Part shown: positions 36,061-44,389 of the stretch, in pieces
Numbering within the stretch: the stretch's first letter is position 1
Layout: each line of letters starts with the position of its first letter
Source: Parcubacteria group bacterium GW2011_GWC1_36_108
GTDB lineage: Bacteria > Patescibacteriota > Minisyncoccia > Moranbacterales > GWC2-37-73
Length of the DNA: 64,000 bases
Direction: 5' to 3'
Assembly (NCBI GenBank): GCA_000991245.1
Contig: LBRD01000001.1
Location: forward strand, 5,467 to 69,466
Translations under genes and position numbers: made by a program
Notes under the pieces: generated by a model
What the model saw: only the letters and a program-made list of their open reading frames with translations
What the model was told of the DNA's origin: nothing
The model's database searches: none

Positions 36061-36912
36061 CTATCTTTTTCTTAATGTCCTGCCTGCAATGTCAGGCAGA
36101 CTATCAGCTGGCTGTATGTACGTTGTTATTTTTACATTCTTCATATCCTTTACTAACTTTGCCATAGTTTCTCCAGTCTTTTTTTGTTTTTCATACAAAT
36201 CAGCAATTTCATCGCCAGAAATAGTAAACCCCTCATTAGCCTCAATAAATGTATCTATTTTAAATGCACCATCCTTTTCGCCCTTCGCCTTTTTCATTGA
36301 GTCTAATAGTTTTTCAGGGGTAGAAACATCCAATACTTCCTGCATACCAGTTGCGTGTCCACTTCTTAATCCAAAGCCAGGAACTTTCCCAGCAACAACA
36401 TCGAAAGTAAACATATCCTCTTCAAAAAATGGGCTGTGAAAATCAGAATAATTTATAAAAGGCTTACTATCAATTCGCATTTGAAAATGATAGTGTGGCT
36501 TATTCCAAAAAGCACTTTTTTTGTGACCAATAAAATCTTCTTGGGAACAGGAAAAAGACCACTCAATATTTTTATATTTAACCGTGTACTCAAAATACTT
36601 TTTATTATTTTTTTCATCCTCAAGGTTATTGATATTGCCAAACATTTTCTCATAATTAGCAACCCAGAAAACATAAGCTCTTATTTGGTGATAACAAAAA
36701 TCATTTGTTAAGAGTGAAAAATGTTTCTTTTTAAAACCCTTTGGCTTCAATAGCCAATGAGGACAGGGCTTTGTCTTTTTAAAAAAATTCAGTTTTTGAC
36801 CACAAAGATAGCAAGTGCCATTCCGCATTCCTTCTGTAAATTCACTATGTTGCCTACTGGAATTTTCAATAACCTCTTTATTGAATTTTTCTATTTCTTC
36901 TGCTGTATACAT
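36061..36912 (-). CDS. Hypothetical protein with N-terminal CxxC...CPHW zinc-binding-like segment
   Basis: 283-aa ORF, no family recognised. The CCTGCCTG-N6-CAGGCAGG hairpin is embedded at its 3' end. Confidence 0.45.
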   Translation of the reverse strand: MYTAEEIEKFNKEVIENSSRQHSEFTEGMRNGTCYLCGQKLNFFKKTKPCPHWLLKPKGFKKKHFSLLTNDFCYHQIRAYVFWVANYEKMFGNINNLEDEKNNKKYFEYTVKYKNIEWSFSCSQEDFIGHKKSAFWNKPHYHFQMRIDSKPFINYSDFHSPFFEEDMFTFDVVAGKVPGFGLRSGHATGMQEVLDVSTPEKLLDSMKKAKGEKDGAFKIDTFIEANEGFTISGDEIADLYEKQKKTGETMAKLVKDMKNVKITTYIQPADSLPDIAGRTLRKR

Positions 36913-36940
36913 TTTTTAATTTAAAATAAATAATTGCTTC

Positions 36941-38509
36941 TTACTTTTTATTTGCCTCATCAATAAATTCCTCTAGCACCTCCAAAACAAAAATGTACTC
37001 TTTTATTCTGCTTAATTTATTCTTATCATCCATATATTCAGACTCATACCCCAATAAAATCCCCCTATCCTGCTTGATATCTTCCTTTGAGGGAAACACG
37101 ACTGGAATCATTCTATGCATAAACTTTAGCATTTTTTTGTTTTCACTCAAACCATTTTTATATTGTGCCTCAGCTTTTGATTCGACAGAGTTTCCACCCC
37201 AGCTCATAGCAAAACGACCCATTCCTCCAAAAAACCTCTTCGTATTTATGAGTCCCTCGATTCTTCCATCCGAATCAGGGTAAAACAAAAATGAAAATAT
37301 ATTTGCCCAAGAGATGGGTTCCGTGTCGGAAAACAGATAATAAAAAACCTTGTTTAATTCTGAATCATAGGACAATCCATTGGCAGTTCCCAATTGGCTA
37401 TCCAAAAAACCATCTGCTATCCTTCTTTCAGACCAAAGAATAATTTCCCTCAATGCAACAATTGGTACTATTTTTTCAGATTCCAAATTATTAGAATTTA
37501 TTTTCCATTCCTCTGGATATGACTTCCAAAATGTAAGCTCGCTACTTATCCTATTCAGGTTTAAAAGCAAGATTGAAAGAAAGGAAGAAAAGAAATTTTC
37601 TACATATTCGATATCGTCTGAATGTTTATCCAGGTGTTTTTTCACCAACTGCAAATATCGTGAGTAGCTCCTGTCAAAAGATTGAACTTCCACATATTCC
37701 AGTATTGGATAAATATCGTAATCGAATGGAAATCCCTGCCTTCTTTCATCATGCAAAGTTTCAGCCTTGTAATACCACTCAAGTATTTTTTCAAAAGGAG
37801 ATTCTTTGCCCCAATACAGCAAAATATCCTTTTCACGATTCTGAATCTGATTAGTGAAAGTTCTCAGGAACTCATTGAAAAAAATATTGGGTTTGTCTAT
37901 TTTAATCAAAATATTCACATTTTTAGAAAAAATTTCAAAGAATTTCAATTCATTATGTTTGCTATTTTCTTTTGCTTTCCACACTGAATCCCATGCCAAA
38001 ATGTACTCATTGCTTTCCCTTATTTTATCCAAGAATCTAAACCTGTGATAGTAAGGATTTTTTATCCAAATGATAAAATCGAGTATTATTTTCACAAGTA
38101 TACCTAGCCCAACCAACCAAATTATAAGTAACAAATTTTTTACAAAAAAACCACTGCCTGCCCAAAAAAATGATGGCAAATAGGACAACAACACGGTTAT
38201 CAATATCAACTTAACATCAAATACGCTATTTATAATAACAATCAAATCCAATTCCGAATAATTAACTGCCGTGCCGTTTCTTTTGTCTCGAAAATAATCC
38301 GACAGTACAGCTATAGCCAAAGGAATCAGAATTGTAAAAAGAGCAACATTCACATTGTGAAAATAATTGCCCATATCACTTAAGGAATTAGCATTGTTGA
38401 AAATAAGATATGTAAAAATAGCCAAAAATATTCCTTCGGAAATAAAGAAAATGACCTCCTTTTGTAGGATTTTCGCCTCAAATAATAATGCCCTTATTTT
38501 GCCAATCAT
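36941..38509 (-). CDS. Hypothetical membrane protein (N-terminal multi-TM region + large cytoplasmic domain)
   Basis: 522-aa ORF. About 6 TM segments in the first 150 aa. No recognisable catalytic motif. Confidence 0.45.
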   Translation of the reverse strand: MIGKIRALLFEAKILQKEVIFFISEGIFLAIFTYLIFNNANSLSDMGNYFHNVNVALFTILIPLAIAVLSDYFRDKRNGTAVNYSELDLIVIINSVFDVKLILITVLLSYLPSFFWAGSGFFVKNLLLIIWLVGLGILVKIILDFIIWIKNPYYHRFRFLDKIRESNEYILAWDSVWKAKENSKHNELKFFEIFSKNVNILIKIDKPNIFFNEFLRTFTNQIQNREKDILLYWGKESPFEKILEWYYKAETLHDERRQGFPFDYDIYPILEYVEVQSFDRSYSRYLQLVKKHLDKHSDDIEYVENFFSSFLSILLLNLNRISSELTFWKSYPEEWKINSNNLESEKIVPIVALREIILWSERRIADGFLDSQLGTANGLSYDSELNKVFYYLFSDTEPISWANIFSFLFYPDSDGRIEGLINTKRFFGGMGRFAMSWGGNSVESKAEAQYKNGLSENKKMLKFMHRMIPVVFPSKEDIKQDRGILLGYESEYMDDKNKLSRIKEYIFVLEVLEEFIDEANKK

Positions 38510-38647
38510 ATTTTAATAAATAAAAAAAACCGCTATGGAGATTAGCAAAAACCCGGTTGAGGACGGTCCACTATTAACTTGTATTTCCTGCCTTTATCCG
38601 CGGAGGTCATTGCTCGTCCTGAATTTAAAACGTATTTTGTCATAATT

Positions 38648-39382
38648 TTATTTTAAGCTTCCATCTATAAAAATATTTTGCCCGTTCATATCCAAAGATT
38701 CATCAGAAGCTAGAAATAAAACTTTTTCAGCAACTTCTCTTGGTTCAACCAGCTTTCCAGATGGAATATTAGCCAGATTTTTTTCCAACTCTTCTTTTGG
38801 CGCTCGCAGCCAATAACCAGTATTAACTGCGCCAGGAGAAACTGTATTAGCCCTTCCAAGTGGTGCAAGTAATTTTGCATATGCCTGAGTTATGTTCGCC
38901 ACTCCAGCTTTTGCTGCTGCATAAGCCAATGCATCATATTGTCCATCCGTAGAATATCGCGAAGAGATACTTACAATTACTCCTGATTTTTGCTGCTGAA
39001 AAATTTCAATTGCATATTTTGAGACACTCATCACAGAAACAAGATTTTGCAAAAGACTCTTAATCCAAATTTCACAATCTCCATTCCATTCATCGCCATC
39101 AATATATCTGCCAGCATTATTTACTAGTATGTCAATTTTTCCAAATTCCTGCATTGTCTGTTCTATAACATTTTTAGCAGCTGAATCAATTGTTAAATCT
39201 GCCTGAATGATTAGAGGTTTAACCCCAAGGGAATTAATTTTTGCTGCAATTTCATCTGCACCAGCTTTATTTTCCTTATAAGTAATAACCACGTTTGCTC
39301 CCTCCCTCGCAAAAGCCAAAGCTGTTTCAGCTCCAATTCCACTTGATGCCCCAGTCACAATAACCACCTTATCTTTAAACAT
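38648..39382 (-). CDS. SDR family oxidoreductase (FabG-like)
   Basis: TGASSGIG cofactor motif, NNAG, and a catalytic YxxxK in the YAAAK region. Confidence 0.85.
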   Translation of the reverse strand: MFKDKVVIVTGASSGIGAETALAFAREGANVVITYKENKAGADEIAAKINSLGVKPLIIQADLTIDSAAKNVIEQTMQEFGKIDILVNNAGRYIDGDEWNGDCEIWIKSLLQNLVSVMSVSKYAIEIFQQQKSGVIVSISSRYSTDGQYDALAYAAAKAGVANITQAYAKLLAPLGRANTVSPGAVNTGYWLRAPKEELEKNLANIPSGKLVEPREVAEKVLFLASDESLDMNGQNIFIDGSLK

Positions 39383-39408
39383 ATTTTTTAATCACTTATA
39401 TTCAAAAA

Positions 39409-40065
39409 TTAATTGAATTTTTTCCACACACCCTCTGAAACAATTTCCATCTTACCATCAACGATTTTGATTGCAGTCTGATCATCAATAGCATAAAAAG
39501 TGTCTGGAAATTCTTGTGACATCTTTTCCATATTTTCCAAATTCAATTTTGGAAAATATGGAGAATTAAGATGTGGACGAATTAGAAAATCAACGTAGCC
39601 AAGTCCTTCATCTTTTGCACCCTCATCAACCTTTTCGTCATACAATCTTTCTGATGTGCTCAAATCCAAATTTTTACAAACAACCATACTGCCAGCACTT
39701 ACCCCAATATATACTTTGGTTTTTAGCATTTTAGGCAAGAGATCTTTCAATCCTGATTTTTCAATCCAATGCATCAAATGAAAAGTATTTCCTCCTTCAA
39801 AATAAAAAATATCAGTTTCTTCCAATCTTGGAAGCCACACATCTTTTGGTAAGGCAGAGATATCAATAATATCAACCTGCTTAAAACCAAGATTCTTGAG
39901 ATTTATAAGGTCATCGATTACCCAGAACTTGTCGCCCTTTTCAACGTTGGAAGCCGTTGGAATAAAAGCAATATTAAGTTCAGAAAATGGCCTCTCGGTT
40001 AATTCTAGAAGTGAGTTACCAATAGATTTGTTCGATAAACCTGCGGATGTTAGCAATAATTTCAT
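39409..40065 (-). CDS. Peptidase E / S51-family (class I glutamine-amidotransferase-like) protein
   Basis: GGNTFHL and GVSAGSMV motifs typical of dipeptidase E. Confidence 0.65.
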   Translation of the reverse strand: MKLLLTSAGLSNKSIGNSLLELTERPFSELNIAFIPTASNVEKGDKFWVIDDLINLKNLGFKQVDIIDISALPKDVWLPRLEETDIFYFEGGNTFHLMHWIEKSGLKDLLPKMLKTKVYIGVSAGSMVVCKNLDLSTSERLYDEKVDEGAKDEGLGYVDFLIRPHLNSPYFPKLNLENMEKMSQEFPDTFYAIDDQTAIKIVDGKMEIVSEGVWKKFN

Positions 40066-40195
40066 AGGTATTAATTAAGACTTTTTATTATCTTCATCCT
40101 ACCACCGACCCCGATTTTTCTCAAGCCAAGCTGATATAGTAAGAGGTGGGTATTCGAATACCCACCCAGATAATTAAATTAAAAAAAACCACTAC

Positions 40196-40240
40196 CATAT
40201 GAAGTAGTATGGTAGTGGTCGCATATTACAATATACTGAA
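40196..40240 (-). terminator. Intrinsic terminator CCACTACCATA-ctacttca-TATGGTAGTGG followed by a U-run
   Basis: Perfect 11-bp stem followed by TTTTTTTT on the minus strand, 3' of ABC copy 2. Confidence 0.7.
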
Positions 40241-40258
40241 ATATTGTAATACAAATAA

Positions 40259-42028
40259 TCATCCTTCAGCAATTCCCTTGCTTTGAGCTTGCCACAAACT
40301 GTAGTAAACGCCTTTTTTGGATAAGAGTTCTTGGTGATTTCCCTGTTCGGCTATTTTTCCTTTTTCCAAGACAACAATCTTGTCAAAATCAACAATCGTT
40401 GAAAGCCTGTGCGCGATAACGATGGTGGTAATGTTTCCCTTGGAAAGCTTTTCTATTTCTTCTTGTATTATTTTTTCTGATTTCGTATCAAGTGAAGCTG
40501 TAGCCTCATCAAAAATCAAAATTTCAGGATTTTTAATGAGCATTCTCGCAATAGCAACTCGCTGTTTTTCGCCGCCTGATAATTTCACTCCACGTTCACC
40601 AACAATAGTTTCGAAACCATCAGGTAAATCATTAGTAATAAAATCAAAAATATTTGCCATTTTAGCTACTTTCTCAACATCGTCCTTTGTTGCATCAGGT
40701 TTTCCATAAGCAATATTATTAAAAATTGTATCATTAAACAATGTTGTATCTTGAGCAACAATTCCAATATGACTGCGCAAATTTTGCAATTTTATTTCTC
40801 TAATATCTATGCCATTGATTGTGATTTTTCCGCTACTAACGTCATACAACCTTAATAATAATTTTGGCACGGTTGATTTTCCACTGCCAGAATATCCAAC
40901 CAGCGCAACCCTTTTTTTAAATGGCACAGCCAGCGAAATATCACTAAGCACTTCCCTCTCTTGGGCATAACCAAAGTTTACATTTTCAAATTTTATTTCT
41001 CCCGCCCAATCTTGCAATTCTATTGCATCAGATTTATCCTGAATTATATTTTTTTCCTTGAGCAATTTCAACATTTCATCAACATTAGCAAGCCCTTCTT
41101 TGATTGCTCTATAAGTAAAGCCCAAGAATCCCAACGGCACCGCAATATTGGCTAAATATGTTGTGACCAAAACAAAATCACCAATTGTTGCATCTCCGTT
41201 TATAAAATGTTCCACAGCCAAAATCAAGATGGCAGCAAGACCTGCTGTAATAATAAACCCTTGTCCCATGTTCAAATTAGCACCAGAGCGTATTGATTTA
41301 ATAAACATTCCAGACCATTTTTCTAATTGTGAGTCATATTTTTGATACTCATATTTCTCATTGGTAAAATATTTTACTGTATCATAATTTAAAAGTGCGT
41401 CAATGGATTGACCAGTTGCTTGATCATCCAACTTATTAGTTTCCAAAAGCAAAGCCTGTCTTTTTTCCGTAACATAGATTGTAAAAGCAACGTAAATGAT
41501 TACAAAAAGTAAAAATGCCAACACAAAGGATAATGGAAAAAGAACAATAAAAACCACACCCACGAAAATGATCTGGATGATGGTTGGAATAACACTGAAA
41601 GACAGGAACATAAAAATCGTTTCCAACGCGGTTGTTCCTCGTGTGATTTTACGAGATACTCTTCCTGTTGAGCGATCAGCGTGAAAAGCTGATGGCAAAT
41701 CCAAAAGATGTTCAAAAACTTTAAGTGAAATTGATCGACGAATATTGGCCTGAACTTTGGCAAAAGCATAATCCTTCATTCCATCCAAAACATTGCCTCC
41801 CCATTGCAAAGCAAAGAACATAATCAACAAATATATGATCGTTGCGATTGAGGCTGAGGTACCCTGAATTACCAGCAAATCAATCAATTTTTTCATTACA
41901 TATGGTCCTGCCACCAATAAGACCTTGGAGCCAACCACTAATAGAATACTAAAAAATATCCGACCCCTGAAAACTTTCAAATATGGCACCAGCCCCATAA
42001 TATTTATTTTTTGATCATTTTTTCCCAT
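40259..42028 (-). CDS. ABC transporter, fused permease/ATPase exporter type (copy 2, paralog of 32726-34495)
   Basis: Same motifs as copy 1. The proteins align end to end with scattered substitutions, and about 60 nt of upstream sequence is also duplicated. Confidence 0.85.
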   Translation of the reverse strand: MGKNDQKINIMGLVPYLKVFRGRIFFSILLVVGSKVLLVAGPYVMKKLIDLLVIQGTSASIATIIYLLIMFFALQWGGNVLDGMKDYAFAKVQANIRRSISLKVFEHLLDLPSAFHADRSTGRVSRKITRGTTALETIFMFLSFSVIPTIIQIIFVGVVFIVLFPLSFVLAFLLFVIIYVAFTIYVTEKRQALLLETNKLDDQATGQSIDALLNYDTVKYFTNEKYEYQKYDSQLEKWSGMFIKSIRSGANLNMGQGFIITAGLAAILILAVEHFINGDATIGDFVLVTTYLANIAVPLGFLGFTYRAIKEGLANVDEMLKLLKEKNIIQDKSDAIELQDWAGEIKFENVNFGYAQEREVLSDISLAVPFKKRVALVGYSGSGKSTVPKLLLRLYDVSSGKITINGIDIREIKLQNLRSHIGIVAQDTTLFNDTIFNNIAYGKPDATKDDVEKVAKMANIFDFITNDLPDGFETIVGERGVKLSGGEKQRVAIARMLIKNPEILIFDEATASLDTKSEKIIQEEIEKLSKGNITTIVIAHRLSTIVDFDKIVVLEKGKIAEQGNHQELLSKKGVYYSLWQAQSKGIAEG

Positions 42029-42167
42029 AAATCATTCCGCTCTTTACTAATACAATATTAATACAATCGATATGCCATTTTATCAACATAATTAAATTGC
42101 ACCCTCTTTTTAAGAAGATCTTTTGAGACTTATAGATTCTCATTAATAATAAAAAATAAAAAAATAA

Positions 42168-42818
42168 CTATTTTTTTATTTTTTTAATAAGATTGTTTAA
42201 TTCGGTTGAAGCTTTGATGAGATAATTTGTCAAAATTTTCTGCATCGCATTTTTTATATAAAGTCTTTGATGTTTATCACTTTTTATTCCAAGTGTATCT
42301 TTATAAATAATATCGTGTTCAATTTCAGCCCAAGCATGATGCAAGATCGATGTTAATTGTATTTCACACTTAAGATCCTTAAATTTACTATACTCGCTTA
42401 AACTAATTCTTTTTTCGCCAAAACTTGCAACCACATGTGTTGATTCATAACCTGATATTTTCTTGTGATGAGTAACACTAACCTCATTAGTCAATTCTGT
42501 TAATAATTTTTTTTCAAACTTATTTTTATCAGCTTCAATATAAAACAGAATACGCAGTCCAGCTAAATCTTCCAAATCTTCCAACTTTTCATATCGAATA
42601 CCCTCCGCCTCTTTTCTCAATATTTTTTCCTCGAGCTTATCAAGTTCTTTAATTCTGTAAAATATTTGATACTTACATCCTTCGGTTATAAGCATACTAT
42701 CAAGTAATTTATACATTGCTAGACAGAACTCTTCATAAAGAGCCCTTTTTTCTCTAAAATCATTCAGTATCGTTTCTAGATTACTTTCCATAGTCTGAGG
42801 AGTATAACACGGAATCAT
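42168..42818 (-). CDS. RelA/SpoT-domain small alarmone synthetase-like protein
   Basis: YRIKELDKLEEKI...DLAGLRILFY...EIQLTSILHHAWAEIEHDIIYK matches the (p)ppGpp synthetase NTase domain (EIQIRT..QH.WAE.EH..YK). Confidence 0.75.
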   Translation of the reverse strand: MIPCYTPQTMESNLETILNDFREKRALYEEFCLAMYKLLDSMLITEGCKYQIFYRIKELDKLEEKILRKEAEGIRYEKLEDLEDLAGLRILFYIEADKNKFEKKLLTELTNEVSVTHHKKISGYESTHVVASFGEKRISLSEYSKFKDLKCEIQLTSILHHAWAEIEHDIIYKDTLGIKSDKHQRLYIKNAMQKILTNYLIKASTELNNLIKKIKK

Positions 42819-42913
42819 ACTTTAAACTAATAATCAAAAAAATATTAGTTTTGAAATATAAAACTCTCATTGGAGTATTAATAAATACTACAACTAATTG
42901 AACTATACGAACT

Positions 42914-43081
42914 ATGACAAAAAAAGAAAAACAACGTGTAACCCTATTTCTCAATCCCAGCCTATTAAAGCAAGCCAAGGCGCAAGCCATTGTTGAAGAT
43001 TTAAATTTAACCAATTTTGTAGAAAAAGCCTTAATAAAATATTTACCCAAGAAAACCATCATAAGAAAAGCGGATATATAA
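42914..43081 (+). CDS. Ribbon-helix-helix (CopG/ParD-like) small DNA-binding protein, 55 aa
   Basis: Manual translation gives MTKKEKQRVTLFLNPSLLKQAKAQAIVEDLNLTNFVEKALIKYLPKKTIIRKADI: a beta-strand followed by two helices, the RHH pattern. Divergent from the SAS gene. Confidence 0.45.
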   Translation: MTKKEKQRVTLFLNPSLLKQAKAQAIVEDLNLTNFVEKALIKYLPKKTIIRKADI

Positions 43082-43146
43082 ATTTTAATAATTTAAAATG
43101 GCCTAGAAAGATTACGTTTTTAATTTAATAACTAACACTAAATCAT

Positions 43147-43503
43147 ATGGATTCCTCAACTTCATCCAGCACAAAACCTCTCTACCGTGGCACGCAAATT
43201 GTTTGGTACCTATTGAGTCTACTGGAAGTATTACTTGCCTTTCGTTTTGTTCTGAAATTATTAGGAGCTAACCCAGAAGCCGGATTCACAAGTTTTGTAT
43301 ACGGCGCAACCTATATATTCACAGCTCCATTTTTGACAGTATTTCGAATGACAAAAGTTGCAGGCAGCGTTTTTGAGTGGACAACACTTCTAGCTATGCT
43401 TGTTTATTGGGTTGTTGCTCTTGGTATCATTAGGATATTCCTAATAGGAAAAACTGTATCCACACCGGAAGCTGCAGAAAAATTAAACGCACAAGATAGA
43501 TAA
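43147..43503 (+). CDS. YggT-family membrane protein
   Basis: FRFVLKLLGANP...FVY..T.....PF pattern and TM helices. Confidence 0.65.
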   Translation: MDSSTSSSTKPLYRGTQIVWYLLSLLEVLLAFRFVLKLLGANPEAGFTSFVYGATYIFTAPFLTVFRMTKVAGSVFEWTTLLAMLVYWVVALGIIRIFLIGKTVSTPEAAEKLNAQDR

Positions 43504-43518
43504 ATTATATAACAACAT

Positions 43519-43557
43519 CCCAGTTAAATAGTGTGGATTACCACAATTTAACGGGGC
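43519..43557 (+). promoter_or_regulatory. 5'-leader inverted-repeat element on the + strand (CCCAGTTAAAT-AGTGTGGATTACCACA-ATTTAACGGGG), 9 nt upstream of the glsB-like AUG
   Basis: Same arms as the minus-strand copies. Orientation follows the downstream gene. Confidence 0.6.
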
Positions 43558-43566
43558 AAGAAAAAT

Positions 43567-43806
43567 ATGAGTATTCTTATTTGGATCATCTTTGGAGCAA
43601 TCGTAGGCATAATTGCATCAGCAATTATGGGGACTAATGAGAGGCTACTTATGGATATCATCCTCGGTATCGTGGGAGCAGTCCTAGGCGGATGGTTGAT
43701 GAGCTTCTTTGGTGAAAGTGGAGTTTCCGGCTTTAACCTCTACAGTTTCTTTGTTGCTATCTTCGGAGCTGTCGTGCTAATTGCAATCGTAAGAGCACTA
43801 AAATAA
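43567..43806 (+). CDS. GlsB/YeaQ/YmgE-family stress membrane protein
   Basis: WIIFGAIVGIIASAIMG...ILGIVGAVLGGWL pattern; 79 aa. Confidence 0.75.
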   Translation: MSILIWIIFGAIVGIIASAIMGTNERLLMDIILGIVGAVLGGWLMSFFGESGVSGFNLYSFFVAIFGAVVLIAIVRALK

Positions 43807-43827
43807 GGACAACACCGATAAAAAAAG

Positions 43828-43857
43828 AATTACGTATTTAGTTACGTAATTCTTTTT
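43828..43857. terminator. Hairpin AAGAATTACGTA-tttagt-TACGTAATTCTT
   Basis: 12-bp AT-rich inverted repeat immediately 3' of 43567-43806, followed by a T-run. Same stem sequence as 5221-5246. Confidence 0.45.
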
Positions 43858-43925
43858 TATATAAAGAACGGTAAAAATAAACTAAGCTCCAAGCATTTCC
43901 GCATAATCTCAAATAACGACTTGGA

Positions 43926-44321
43926 TTACTTATTTAAATAAGTAATTGTTAATTGCAAAACAGTTGCGAATGAAACCCATAGTAAATATGGAATCTGCAT
44001 GTACGCAATCCAGCGTGAATATGGATATATTGCAACAATAGCCCAGATAAGCGTTGCTAAAATAAAAATTATATCTATTGATGCTAATAAATTATTCCTA
44101 AGTCCAAATTGCAAAGGAGTGAAGGCGAGATTGAAAACAATATTAAGTAAAAATGGTAATGCCACCATAAAGGCAATTTCTTTTTTCCAAGTCATCAAAA
44201 AAACTTTTCCGAATGAAATAGCAATCAGAATATATAGAAAAGTCCAAACTGGTCCAAAAAGAAAAGCGGGTGGAGCCCAAAACGGTTTTATTAATTGCGA
44301 GTACCAACTATATGTATCCAT
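43926..44321 (-). CDS. TspO/MBR family (tryptophan-rich sensory protein)
   Basis: WYSQLIKPFWAPPAFLFGPVWTFLY signature; 5 TM segments. Confidence 0.7.
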   Translation of the reverse strand: MDTYSWYSQLIKPFWAPPAFLFGPVWTFLYILIAISFGKVFLMTWKKEIAFMVALPFLLNIVFNLAFTPLQFGLRNNLLASIDIIFILATLIWAIVAIYPYSRWIAYMQIPYLLWVSFATVLQLTITYLNK

Positions 44322-44389
44322 ACAAAATATTGCTTTTAATTGTTAAAAATATTTCCAAACCTATCTACTATGCTATCAAATTTAGTTGA

